Shown: positions 33,700 to 46,529, counted from the first letter of the stretch. The stretch: 64,000 bases of DNA from the human T2T-CHM13v2.0 reference genome, Homo sapiens (GCF_009914755.1 NC_060935.1); one strand, 5' to 3'. Notes: generated from the sequence alone by a model not told the origin. Made by a program: numbers and translations.

Positions 33700-33850
33700 C
33701 AGGTCAGAAAAGGTTTCGGGGAAAGATAATATTTTTAGTCATGTCTCGAAGAGTAAGCAGCAGCTGGATAAGTGAAAATAATCAGAGGGATAGTTCAAGA
33801 TGCAGGATTCCTGAAGAGGGCAAAAAGACAAGGTTTAAGAGCAGAGCATC
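33700..33850 (-). mobile_element. L2 fragment
   Basis: 'ggtcagaaaaggtttcggggaaagataatattt...tctcgaagagtaagcag'. Confidence 0.45.
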
Positions 33851-34995
33851 AAGAGGATCAAATTGGCTATAAAAATGAGCTTACATTAGAAAGTAAAGTG
33901 CATGAGATATTTATTCTCGGGTTTTCTAAATTTAACGAGCTTAATCCTTCTACAATCTGAAGGGTTGGTAAATTCTAATCTACAAGATTCCATGAGAATA
34001 TTGTGTTGATTTGTGTGTATTTACAGCATCTTAGCTTGATTATATTTTTTATAGTAGAATATATTTATCTTCAAGATATGCAAATATTGGATTTCGATGG
34101 TATTTTTTTTTTCTCCTTAAGTGACAAAACATTCACAGTCACGTTGCTTAGTTTAAAAATCAAGCAAGTCTTTAAGTAGTACTTTTCCTTCAAGGTATCT
34201 GATTTGATTTGAAGCATAAATCAAATCGTATCTGATTATTATTTGATTTGTGGGCAGTCCATTGTAGGATAAGGAGCCAGCCAGCAGAGAAATACATGCA
34301 AAGCTCAGCTTCTTCCTTAATGCCATCAAAATATTCACTTTCCTCCAATTCATTCTTCCTGACCACGAAAAAAAAAAAAAAAAGGAACAAGCATGCTCAT
34401 TATGTCAGTGACCCAGTTTCAGTATCTTTCTTCTCCATTTCTTTGCACTATTCCAAATCCTGTTTCCATAGTCGGTCTTTTCGCATTTTTCATTTGGAAT
34501 GACCGCCTTTTGTGCTTCTGAGATGTTGCAAGTGAGTACAAATCAAGGAGAAAATAGGTTATCCAGGCACAAGTTTTATTTATGCTTTGACTCTAGTGTC
34601 ATTGTCTTCATTGTTTTACGTGCATAGTTGTATTTTCCAAAAGATAAAATGTCACTATCTCAGGTTTTTATTAGTATACTGAAATTGATTTCAAGAAGCA
34701 AACTTGGCACAATTATTTAATTTTAGGCAACTTTTGTTAAAAAAAAAAGAATGGTTTTACTTCAGAGCCATTTAAATTATATAGATTTACTTTTTTATTT
34801 AAGCATGGAAACAGAAGTTCACTATCAAACTTAGAGACAAAAGTTGGCTTTTATAAATTTTGAGATTAAAATTTAATTCTCTAGCCAAGGACAGTATCAA
34901 TTAGTAGAGAAAAATTCTACCTAATAGAATATAGTTTAAATTACTTAACTGTGTAATTTCTAATTTCCTATTCCCAGATATTATTGGGTTCCTTT

Positions 34996-35042
34996 TTTTT
35001 AAATTATACTTTAAGTTTTAGGGTACATCACACACCGGGGCC
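34996..35042 (-). mobile_element. 47-bp L1PA3/4-type insertion with 5' inversion
   Basis: Antisense L1 3' end 'ttatactttaagttttagggtacat' joined to sense 'acatcacacaccggggcc'; 14-bp TSD with one mismatch. Confidence 0.85.
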
Positions 35043-36376
35043 TATTGTGTTCCTTTATAACTGTAGCAGGCAGTTACAAAAATTAACATTTGAAGATAAT
35101 TGGTTATTTTTAGTATATTTGAAAAATGATCCTGCATATTACCTGATTTTTAAGTAAAAATATTTATGTTCATATTTTTGTCTGTTAATTGCTTCAAAAA
35201 TTTATATCTTTATTGTCATTCAAAATCCATTTTACTCAGTTTTCATGAAGCCGTTCTTTTTTCAAAGTATTACTGAGATTTTGAAATTTGATGTTTTATT
35301 TTAGGCTTGATTATCTCCTAACTTTAAAACTTTGGATGAATAATTATAAAGCAGCAAATTGGTGTTGCAAAGAGAAGACATGAAAAGCAGAGTTTAGTAG
35401 ATATTTTCTATGATTCACTCTTGAGAGAGATAACAGAAACTGAAGTGAAGTATCCTTGATCTTGGAACTCCATTCCTCCCCTGCTGAGTGAGAGGAGTCT
35501 CAGACTGTGGAAAATAAATGGCTGACAGAACAAGATCATAGAGTTTTCCTATATTCTGTAAGTTACTGACAAAAAGCAGGTTGAGTTAAAACTAAGTCCA
35601 TGTAACCCAGCATGTTGAGAAAGATCTTTGAGAAAGAGTCCTCAGATTGTTCTTCAGCTTTGAGAGACTGAATGGATCAGACAAGGATAACCAAAACCTA
35701 GACCTTGTTGCTTTAGAGGAGTCAGGAATCAGCAAAATAATTTTGAAACATAATAAACATACTTTTTATTGCTTTGTCTTTGTCATTGGTAAAAAGGCAC
35801 TCAGTTATAAAACTCTATGGTAAGCCATCTCTCCAAGCTAACACAAAAGCACAAACAACAGTCAATATCTCTTTGAAAATGATTTTAAGCTAGTTGTTGA
35901 AATATTTAATAATTGCATGGATAACATACTAAAAAGGGGGAAGACATTTAATTCTGAAAATCAGGTTCTCTCTCAACAAAAAGATTTCTGAAGGAGAGAG
36001 GGAGAGAGAGAGAGTCTGAAAATGTAGGGGTACCAAAAATTCAGTATTCCAATATACTGGTCAGCCATTTTCTGTTTCCATTTTGAAGAAATGTTTAATT
36101 TTTTTTGCTAATTTTTTCTTTTGACATCCATAGTTACATGCTCAGTCACAGAGCTTTTTATAGAAAAATGTATGATGTAAAGGCACAGGAGGCATGACTA
36201 TATTTCTTATCTGTGCTAATATAGCCAAGATGGTCTCAGCTGAGCATTTAGCGGGAAATTGGCTTGGAGTCTACTGAGACGTTCCTCTACTACTCAGGTG
36301 ATATTTATAAAAATTTATAAGAATTTGGGGATGGTAGTTTGGAAGATTTTTAGTGATGGCAACTCCAGGCTTTTTC

Positions 36377-36409
36377 TTGTTGTTGCTTTGTTGTTGTTGT
36401 TGTTGTTGT
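36377..36409. repeat. (TTG)n microsatellite
   Basis: Seen directly. Confidence 0.85.
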
Positions 36410-36945
36410 AGAGAGAGCAGGGGCAGGGGTGGTAATTTGGTATACAGATACCAGGGAGAGATAAGAAACCACTGTGGTCCTGACACAAGCAAAGTTAAAA
36501 GGAAACACTAGGGCATCTGGCAGCTTTGCAGAGGGAAAGCAGTAATTTTAATAAAGGCATCAGTAGAACTGGCAGCACTGATAAAGAGCTCCAATCTAAG
36601 GGTTTGTGGGACTAGCCCTTGATGAGATGGCCAAAGTAGAAAAATATGAAATAATATGAAAATATTTTCTTACATAGTACACCACAAAATAATTGTAATG
36701 CACAGGCTGGTGAGATTTAGGGAAAATTAAGTTACACGATAACTAGCCATGTAGTCTTGGAAGTGACATTTTATCCATGTCAATTTCAATTACCTTCTTA
36801 AAAATTAGGTTGCCTAGGATCAAGAAATAGCAAATATATGGCTTGTCTGATATCTCTCTCCTGTCCTGGATTATTTATGGACACAGTTAATGGATCCCAG
36901 CACTCTCTCATGCAAACCTTTGGTTTGGTTTCAGAAATATGTATA

Positions 36946-37275
36946 CAGCCATGCACATCATAATGACATTTTGGTCAATGATGGACTGCATATATGGTGG
37001 CTTTGTAGGTTATAATATATTTTTACTGTACCTTTTCTATGTTTAGATAGACAAATACTTACCATTGTGTTACAATTGCCTACAGTATTCAGTACACTAA
37101 CATTGTACAGGTTTGTAACCTAGAAGCAATAGGGTCTACCATATAGCCTAGGTGTGTAATAGGCTATTCCATCTAGGTTTATGTAAGTACACTCTTATGA
37201 TATTCATACAATGACAAAATTTCTTAATGACACATTTCTTGGAGCATATCCCCATCGTTAAGTGAAGCATTACTG
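36946..37275 (+). mobile_element. Tigger3a (MER7A) MITE
   Basis: TA-CAG...CTG-TA ends with inverted termini; internal 'ccattgtgttacaattgcctacagtattcagtaca' match. Confidence 0.9.
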
Positions 37276-37365
37276 TATATTTAATCTCTACATTTGAAAT
37301 CTGTGCAAAAACAACCAATTAATCCAGGCTAACATGCAAGGATTATTTGTATACTAGAGGATCTC

Positions 37366-39651
37366 TGTATTAGTTCATTTTCATGCTTAAAAGACATCCC
37401 CAAAACTGGGAAAAAAATGTTTAATTGGACTTACAGTTCCACATGGCCACATGAGGCTTCAGAATCATGGCAGGAGGCAAAAGCCTCCTCTTACATGGTG
37501 GCATCAAGAAAAAATGAAGAAGAAGCAAAAGCAGAAAACCCTGATAAACCCATCATATCTCATGAGACTTATTCACTATTATGAGTGATAGTAATAGGAA
37601 AGACCAGCCCCCATGATTCAATTCCCTTCCCTTGGGTCACTCCCACAACACGTGGGAATTCTGGGAGATACAATTCAAGTTGAGATTTGGGTGGAGACAC
37701 AGCCAAACCATATCATTCCACCCCTGGCCCCTTCAAATTTCATGGCCTCACATTTCAAGACCAATCATGCCTTCCCAACAGTCCCACAAAATCATAATTC
37801 ATTTCAGCATTAACCGAAAGTTTACAGTCGAAAGTCTCATCTGAGACCAAGCAAGTTCCTTCTGCCTATGAACCTGTAAAATTAAAAGCAAGCTAGTTAC
37901 TTCCTAGATACAATGGGGGTACAGGTATTGGATAAATACAACCATTCCAAATGGGAGAAATTGTCCAAAACAGAGGAGTTACAGGGCCCAGGCAAGTCCA
38001 AAATCCAGCGAGGCAGTCAAATTTTAAAACTCCAAAAATGATCTCTTTTGAGTCCAGGTCTCACATTCAGGTCATGCTGATGCAAAAGGTGGGTTCCCAT
38101 GGTCTTGGGCAGCTCTGCCCCTGTGGCTTTGCAGGGTACAGTTTCCTCTAGGCTGCTTTCTTGGACTGGCACTAAGTGTCTGCGGCTTTTCCAGGCACAT
38201 GGTGCAAGCTGTCAGTGGATCTACAATTCTGGCGTCTAGAAGACAGTGTCCCTCTTCCTACAGCTTCACAAGGTAGTGCGCCAGTTGGGACTCTTTGTGG
38301 GGGCACCAACCTCACATTTTCCTTCTGTACTGCCCTAGCAGAGGTTCTCCATGAGGGCCCCACTCCTGCAGCAAACTTTTGGCTGGGCATCCAGGCATTT
38401 CCATACATCTTCTGAAATCTAGGTGGAAGTTCCCAAACCTTAATTCTTGACTTCTGTGCACTCACAGGCTCAACACCACGTGGAAACTGCCAAGTCTTGG
38501 GGATTCCAACCTCTGAAGCCACAGCCCAAGCTTTATGTTGGCCTCTTTCAGCCACAGCTGGAGCAGCTGGGACACAGAACACCAAGTCCCTAGGCTGCAC
38601 GCAGCATGGAGACCCTGGGCTAGACCCAGGAAACCAGGTTTTTCTCCTGATCCTCCAAGCCTATGATGGGAGGGGCAGCCATGAAGGTCTCTGACATGGC
38701 CTGGAGAAATTTTCTCCATTGTCTTGGGGATTAACATTAGGCTCCTTGCTACTTATGCAAAATTTCTGCAGCCAGCTTGAATTTCCCCCTAGAAAATGGG
38801 TTTTTCTTTTTTTATCACATAGTCAGGTGGCAAATTTTCCAAACTTTTATGCTCTGCCACCCTTATAAAAGTGAATGCATTTAATAGTGCCCAAGTCACC
38901 CCTTGAATGCTTTCCTGCTTAGAAATTTCTTCTGCCAGATACCCTAAATCATCTCTCTCAAGTTCAAAGTTCCACAAATCTCTAGGGTAGGGGCAAAATG
39001 CCACCACTCTCTTCGCTAAAACATAAGAAGAGAGAGTCACCTTTGCTCCAGTTCCCCAACAAGTTCCTCATCTCCATCTAAGACCACCTTGGCCTGGATT
39101 TTATTGCCCATATCACTGTTAGGATTTTGGACAATGCCATTCAACAAGTCTCTAGGAAGTTCCAAACTTTCCCACATTTTCCTGTATTCTTCTGAGCCCT
39201 TCAACTGTTCCAATCTCTGCCTGTTACCCAATTCCAAAGTTGCTTTCACATTTTTTGGGTATCTTTTCAGCAACACCCCACTCCTGGTACCAATTTACTG
39301 TATTAGTTTGTTTTCACACTGCTGATAAAAACATACCCAAAACTGGAAATAAAACAAGGTTTAATTGGACTTGCAGTTCCACGTGGCTGTGGAGGCCTCA
39401 GAATCATGGCAAGAGGTGAAAGGCTCTCTGACATGGTAGCAGCAAGAGGAAATGAGGAAGAAGCATAAGCAGAAACCCCTGATAAACCTGTCAGATCTCA
39501 TGAGACTTATTTACTATTATGAGAATAGCACAAGAAAGAATAGCCCCCTTGGTTCAATTACCTATCCTTGGGTCCCTCCCTGAACACATGGGAATTTTGG
39601 GAGATACAATTCAAGTTGAGATTTGGGTGGAGACACAGCCAAACCATATCA
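37366..39651 (-). mobile_element. Full-length THE1A (LTRs 37366-37715 and 39299-39651; THE1-int 37716-39298)
   Basis: Two ~350-bp direct LTRs with THE1A-type 'gaagaagcaaaagcagaaa..ctgataaacc'; internal MaLR ORF relics (KMWESLELPRDLLNG, DLWNFELERDDLGYLAEEISKQ); TSD atctc/gtctc. Confidence 0.95.
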
Positions 39652-39897
39652 GTCTCCAAAATAATACTTTTCAGCTTTAAAGCTCTATTGTTTTACCCTT
39701 GTTACTTAAGTCACATGTTATAAAAATAGCCTAGATTCTCTTTGAATGACTAGATGGGGATATATGAAGATTAATTATATACTGTTGCTGAAACCCAATA
39801 AAACAAAGCAAACATACATCAAGAAAAGAAAGTACTAATATGCTTCTTAATAAATCCTCCCATTCACTCAAATAATAACTACTATTCATTGAAGTCT

Positions 39898-39900
<3 letters not shown>

Positions 39901-39942
<42 letters not shown>
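39901..39942. repeat. (TA)21 microsatellite
   Basis: Seen directly. Confidence 0.95.
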
Positions 39943-39949
<7 letters not shown>

Positions 39950-40042
39950 CTAATTTATGAACAATATGTAATTTATAATCTTTAACTACAAGATGAAACA
40001 TCATTATTATTTACACTTGACAATCAATTTAAAAGAGGTTTA

Positions 40043-40353
<311 letters not shown>

Positions 40354-41541
40354 AAAAGAGTTTTAGAAATGGTAAGATGCTTGGCTAAGTTTACATGCAT
40401 AATAAATTGTGTGTCTGGTCTTCACATTTAGAATTCACTAAAAGTGGTTGAGACCTTTAGAATTTGTCTATAATTTTCACATATGAAAAAAATCTTTAAA
40501 TAGAAAACACGTAGTGCATATGGCTAGAATCTCATCAAGCTTTGTAAATATTGAGAAACACTTTTCTCTGTAATGATTAAATCTAAAATAGGACTTTATT
40601 AACTTTAAAACATTCTCAAGCTGTCATGAAGCAAAAATAACAACAAAGAAAACTGTTTGTATCTGTTCCCTCCCCTGGCTCAGCCACACTAGCAACTCAG
40701 AAAGTCAGCCAATTGTCAAAGGTACTCAGGTAATATACAACCTGAGTTCTCTGTATTTACCAGTGCTAGGTGACTACGGTGGCTTATCAGTTATCCAGCA
40801 AATTCACCTAGAACATAGGAAAATAAAGGAATCTCTGCAAAATATTTTTGATAAGTAATACAGGTGTCCTCACTTCATTCATCCACTAACATTTTCACCT
40901 ATAATGAACTTCCTCTCAGTTTTACTGCCAGTAGAATTGGCAACAGTGACATAGAGCTCTCTCAAAGAATTGAGTATAAATGAAAATAAATGTGAATGGC
41001 TTAGGCTGAGGAAGCCTTAGAAAGATTCAGAGTGTCACAACCTTCAACAAGGCATAGGAGTAGCAAAACAACAACAACAAAAAGTATTTATGGTACCCAC
41101 CCAGAAATGATGGAGAGAGCCCCCTGAAGGAGCCTTGAAATAATTTGTCAGATACAAAAGAATGTCAGGAGGAACAGGTGTGATCCAATGCCCAAGAATA
41201 CAAAGAAATCTTAGACTACCACGGATCTTAACAGGTGTCAATGTGGTAAGGACATCAAAGGCTGGTGGTTTCTATCATCTAAACACTTTTGAATGATATG
41301 TCAGCCCTGTCCTACATCCAGAATGTAGATATTGCCCTGAAGTAAAATTATTTCTCTCACCTTATATGAAATAAATAATTTTGCCATATATTAAATTAAA
41401 TTGTATCACACATGCAGAAAAACCTTAGTTTCTTTGCATCATTTTATAAAATGAAATTTTTATCCATTGCATAAAAAGGATAAAAAACACACATATAAAC
41501 AACCATAAATAAAAGGTATAGGGCAAAGAGAGTTTGATGGG

Positions 41542-41898
41542 TGTACTAGTCTGTTCTCATGAAGCTATGAAGAAATACCCCAGATTGGGAAATTTATAAA
41601 GGAAGGAAATTTAATTGACTCAGAGTTCCACATGGCTGGGGAGGCCCCAGGAAACTTACAATCATGGTGGAAGGCACCACTTCACGGGGCAACAGGGGAG
41701 AGAATGAGTGCTGAGTGAAGGGGGAAGCCCCTTATAAAACCACTAGCTCTTGTGAGAACTCACTCATTATTTCAAGAACATCATGGGGAAAACTGTCCCT
41801 GTGATTCAGTTATCTCCACCTAGTCCCACCCTTGACATGTGGGGATTATTACAATTCAAGGTGAGATTTTGGTGGGGACACAGAGCTAAACTATATCA
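41542..41898 (-). mobile_element. THE1C-type solo LTR
   Basis: TGTA..TAGT to TATCA termini; perfect 5-bp TSD atggg at 41537-41541 and 41899-41903. Confidence 0.92.
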
Positions 41899-42149
41899 AT
41901 GGGTGTACAAATAAAGTTCTAAATATGGAACTGAGAATAGGAGAGAACTTTCTTATAGTTTGAAAAATAGGTTTGAATTATGGAAAATGTATGTCAAGGA
42001 AAGTTATTTTTGCTAGGGTGGCACCCATTGCTCCTCTTTCTGCTAACAGCACCTTTAATTTCCTTTGTCACCACTGAGTTTCAGCATATGTTGAAACCTC
42101 TCTCATGCCACAGGAGTGAATATTTAACCCAGGCCTGATAAAACAGGAT

Positions 42150-43070
42150 GTTTTTTCTGTAAAAATGAATATATAATACAAACAGCATAAAACTTTTGAA
42201 GTACACAGTTCATTGGTCTTCGGCCTAGATACATAGTTGTGCTACTATCATCAATATCTAATTTTCAGAAGAATGTTATTGCCCACAAAAGAAACTTTGT
42301 ACCTATTAGCAGTCATTCCTCATTCCTAATCACCATCAGCCTTTGGCAATCACTAATTGACTGTCCATCTCTTTGTATTTTCCTGTCTGGACATTTCATA
42401 CAAATGGAATCATACAATATGTACCCTTTTATGTCTATCTTCTTTTACTTGGTATACTTTTTCCAATGTTTATTCATGTTGCACTATGTGTCAGTACTTC
42501 ATTTATTTTTATGGCTAAATAATGTACCACATTTTGTTCATCTGCTTACCATTTGGCAGACTTTTGAGTTGTTTCTACCTTTGGGCCCCAAAGGTGGAAA
42601 CATTCATGTACAAGTTTTTGTAGTAATATATAATTTCAATTATCTGGTGTACATACTATGAATGGAATCACTGTGTTATGTGCTAACCCTGTGTTTACCT
42701 TTATGTTTAACATGTAAAATAATAAAAACTATCTGGAGGGCCTTGAAGTAGATTTAACCTCATCCTTTTCTTTCCAGTGGCTTCCAGGCTGCTGGGTTTC
42801 TCCATGATTGTAGGTGGTTGGATTTCTATGTTGCTGTGGAGCTCAGATGAGAAGAATTAAAATAGCGATAGTTAAAACCCCCCAAATCTCACTGTTCTTA
42901 TCAACATTGAGAATTTTCCTTGAATAAACACTCCCTAGATATCTGCAAACTTTTGGTTAATCATCAGAGTTCTGAAAAAGACTGAAAATTTCTGCCAGTG
43001 TTCTCATGGATTTTTGAAGATGAGATGTTTGGAGGTTGTTACTCTGACATTTATTACTGATATCACTTTC
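42150..43070 (-). mobile_element. L1MB7/8-type 3' end (~42150-42715) directly joined to an L1M4-type 5' end (~42720-43070)
   Basis: 3'UTR 'aaaagaaactttgtacctattagcagtcattcc...ggacatttcatacaaatggaatcatac'; 5' end reverse complement 'ttcagaactctg..attaaccaaaagtttgcag...gtttattcaagg'. Confidence 0.75.
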
Positions 43071-43187
43071 TCCCTAGTTTTTGCAATGATCAGTTCTTGC
43101 AGGCAAATGACTTAAGCTAGTCCTAAGAAAATGATTTTACTTTTGTACATGCAGAAGACTTGGGGTATGCATATAGTAGTTATTTAA

Positions 43188-43611
43188 GGTGCATTGTCAA
43201 TATTCTCTAGCCCTTCTGATTTTACTGTATGTCTGGCAACTTCCAGTTACAGATGTTTGCATATGGTTGCCTCTGAAAGACTTTCTCTAAAGTAATATAT
43301 GTCTGCTCTAACCTCAGGTACATCAGTCTGAATATGCTTGCTATAAACAATAATCAATGGTAGTTGGAGTACAAGTATTCAATCTTCCTGGTTTAAGGTG
43401 GTACAAATTTGGGATATCTGTTGCACCAAATCACCCTACAAAGTCAAGCTTTAGTTGCCCACATTGATAGTTGATGTTATAATGTACATTATTGGCTTCT
43501 TAAAAAAATTTTCCCTGTCTTACATTCCACTGGCATTTCCTGTACCTCTAAAGTAAAGTACTTGGACTTGAATTTTTGTCTCAAAGTCTGCTTCTGTAAC
43601 TCAGACTTAGG
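43188..43611 (+). mobile_element. LTR16A-like solo LTR
   Basis: 'caatggtagttggagtacaagtatt...agttgcccaca...tacttggacttgaatttttgtctcaaagtctgcttctg'. Confidence 0.6.
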
Positions 43612-43889
43612 GAGGATTTCAGTCTGGAACCAAATGCAAACATGTTCTACAATAAGCATTCTTCCCTGAGAAGAAGCCATTTGGAGATAAGATTTGGGAG
43701 ATCGGAGCTGAATTCTGGTGACAACATTTATACCCTTTAGAAACCCTGACTCTATGTTTTTCTGTGGTCATTCAGTTACATGAGAAAAAAAAAAGCCATT
43801 TTTTCTTTTAAGTAAGTTTCAGTTGGGGTTTCTATTGCTTGCCTCTGAAAAAATTCTGAATAATAAAATACAACATTGCTGACTATAGA

Positions 43890-43935
43890 CAAAAAACAAA
43901 CAAACAAACAAACAAACAAAAAACAAACAAAAAAA
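43890..43935. repeat. (CAAA)n microsatellite
   Basis: Seen directly. Confidence 0.85.
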
Positions 43936-44419
43936 CCCCAGCATGATAACAGTCTTCAATAAAGAAAGCAGTGTGAAACCCAGTAAAGTAATATACAGCA
44001 CTTTGGCAGAGACCCAGTGGTCTCTTACCAGGAGAGATCAGTCAAAAGATATTTATAAAGTTTGGGATCTAACCTCCAGTAATTTAAATCAAGTCTTTTA
44101 GGGTAGGTACCAAAATTGAACTGAAAAATGAAACAATGTAATTGTTCAGTATTGGTGCACACAGCACAGTGAAGCAAATCTTAATAAGTAAATTGTTTGT
44201 CTGAGAAGCAAGCTATTTGCCCAGTTGAGCAACCATTATCCTATGAGAAACATTTGCCCAGATGAGCACACTACTTATTCAGATACACTGATATGCAGGA
44301 ATATCATGAAGCAATCAGCTAAGTTGTTTATTGGCTTAACATTTTCTTGGAATAGTTAAGTCTTGTTGACACAGGTATGCTCAGCTTTCAATCCTCAGCA
44401 TTAAGCTATATGATGCAGG

Positions 44420-44700
44420 TGGTCTTACTTCCTGGTAAAGATGAGCTGGATTTGTCTTTATGGAGGAAGGGTCAGTGTTTTTATGGAATAAGGACATTCT
44501 AAGCAAGAGAGAGAAAAAAAACCATGAAGGTGATGAAGAATGTATATAAAATATTAAAAATAAATAAATTATTTGTTCTTTGCTGGATTTGAGTGAATAG
44601 AGAATTAGCTAAGAAAGGGAGTTTAGGTTACATAGCACAGAACTAGGAATCAGAGCTCTGTTCTCTCAACAAGGAGGTGCCTTCAAAGCTTTTAAATATC
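44420..44700 (-). mobile_element. L2 fragment
   Basis: 'gagctggattt...aaggacattctaagcaagagag...ttgctggatttgagtg'. Confidence 0.4.
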
Positions 44701-45144
44701 TAACCTTTGGGAAATGTTTGTGGTTTCCATGGGTTTTTATTTAATTGTTGTTAGTTTGTTTTTTGGTTAGTTTTGATAGAAAATCTGTTTTGAAGTGGTC
44801 ATACAATATAATATCAATTGAGAAACTGTTTCTCCAAATTTATATTTTAGGATATGAATATGTTTGATATTTTAATACGAAGAACCATGCTTTGAAGTTG
44901 ATTGACAATGAGAGTCAAATGAGAGCAGAAGAGCGAGACTTTGTGCATCTTCACTTCCATCTCTGCATACATTATGGGGGTAGAGAAGAGGCATTATCTA
45001 TTCATTTTGGAGGCAAGAAAGGGACAGTCCAAAATATGACTTAATATTAGTCAAGTAACACTGCTAAGATTCATGGCAAAGAGCTCTTATAGTGATCAAT
45101 ATTCTATTTTTTTTCAGATTCTAAGAAGTCCCAGGAAGAACACA

Positions 45145-45334
45145 ATAGCAATTTAATGTTCTTAGACAAATCATGAGTTTCATATTTAGGCCAATCTAGA
45201 TTCTAATCCTGACTCCGATATTTAAAAGGCATATGACTTTGGACAAGTTAGTTAACCCCGTTTTCTCTCTGCTCCCTTAAGATGATGCTACCTTGTGAAT
45301 GTGTTGTGAACATTAAATAAGGGAGAAAAGCAGG
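45145..45334 (+). mobile_element. MIR, interrupted by the ERV (resumes at 49286-49335)
   Basis: 'ctagattctaatcctgactcc...atgactttggacaagttagttaacc...gttgtgaacattaaataag'. Confidence 0.7.
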
Positions 45335-45817
45335 TATAAGGAAAATGGCTGTGCTTCAGTCAAGAATAGGCTGAGGTAAACATCCGGTGCAGCATGACAC
45401 AGCAGGATGGGAGTGCAGGCACAGAATCCCATACATTATATAACCACAGTTACGTAACCATGTTATGGGTGGGCTCATCACCTGGCTCTGAGCCATTATT
45501 GTCCGTGAGTCACATAACTGAATTGCACTGCTGACTTAGAGAAAGAGAGCCACCGGCCGCCTTGCAGGTGGACAGAGGGGAGCCAAGAAGAGGCCAGTGC
45601 ACCAAGGAGTGCAGCTGCAGGCATGGGGGTGGGCAGGAGGCACAGAGCCGGTGCTGAGGGGCTGCAGTCAGAGCAGGAGGTTGAGAAAAAGGCTTATGGA
45701 GAGAGAAAGAAGAAAGCAATATCCCGTCTACCTACAGTCCCTTGAGTGTTCTTTCAACTACCTGCCACCTATCCACCAGCTCCCCTTGGACCCCAGCTTG
45801 GGTGGGAACCTGACACT

Positions 45818-45837
45818 TGGCATACTAAGCAGCATTC
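45818..45837 (+). promoter_or_regulatory. Primer binding site, tRNA-Ser-like
   Basis: tggcatactaagcagcattc matches TGGCGTAGTCGGCAGGATTC (complement of the tRNA-Ser 3' end) at 15/20, 2 nt after the LTR. Confidence 0.7.
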
Positions 45838-46529
45838 TGAGGTGAGTGAGCCCTCAGTCTCCAATAATCCCTGGTCGGCTATGTGTCCGTGCTCCTTGGA
45901 TGGGCCCCGGTGGAAACATGGGCGGTGGTGGATGAGTCCCCCATGAGCATGGAGAAAGCACTGAAGCATCTGGAAGCACAGTGCACCAAGAAAGAGTGAG
46001 TCTTTGCCGGCAAAGTTAGGTGGGCATTTTTGCTGTGCTAAGGGAAGTGCATGCTCAGTCCCTGCAGGATGCAGTGCAGGTAGGAAACTCCCACTTAGTC
46101 TGATACTAAGGAGGAAAAACCCCCTCTGTGGGCTTGCCCCTTGGTCCACCAGAAAATAGAGCATGAACAGCTACTTGAGACCCAAAGGTAGGCCTTCTTA
46201 TAGTGTCTACACCCCCCGCTGAGTTGCATAGGCAAACAATGTTGGCAGCATTCAGGGAAACCCCTACCCACCTGGGAAGTGCTGTTAACTTTGTGGAGGC
46301 AATGGTCCCCGGAGCAGCAATTCCAGTAAATGCCCACGATGGGGCAGGATGATGCTGCTCAACCCAGTCCTGCCTGGGTGCTCCAGCTAAAGGATTACTT
46401 GCAGATGGGTGGAGGAATACAGCCGTTTGTGTTTGATTAGGGAATTGGCTGAGGTGCCCAGCTTGGTGGGACACTGGATGACCAGAGGCCACATATGAAT
46501 TTGGCAATCCACTGGTCCCCTACCAGGGT

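Larger units (their letters stand above)
42000..43865 (+). mobile_element. LTR33-like ERVL LTR, split by L1MB and LTR16 insertions (pieces ~42000-42150, ~43070-43185, ~43650-43865)
   Basis: 3' piece 'ttcagttacatgag...aagtttcagttggggtttctattgcttgc..tgaaaaaattctgaataata' is the typical LTR33 end. Confidence 0.55.

Noticed and set aside
34190-34390. Minus-strand acceptor (poly-T then cgtggtcag) and 66-aa ORF
   Set aside because: The acceptor depends on a mononucleotide run, there is no convincing donor, and the peptide is unrecognised
36271-36492. PolyQ-containing ORF
   Set aside because: The Q run is simply the (TTG)n microsatellite read on the - strand
36821-37352. Ancient hAT MITE apparently split by Tigger3a
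   Set aside because: Similarity is too degenerate to name or bound without an HMM search
39375-39402. PRDM9 hotspot motif in the THE1A LTR
   Set aside because: The - strand reads CCTCCACAGCCAC, lacking the T at position 7 of CCNCCNTNNCCNC; the other LTR is more degenerate
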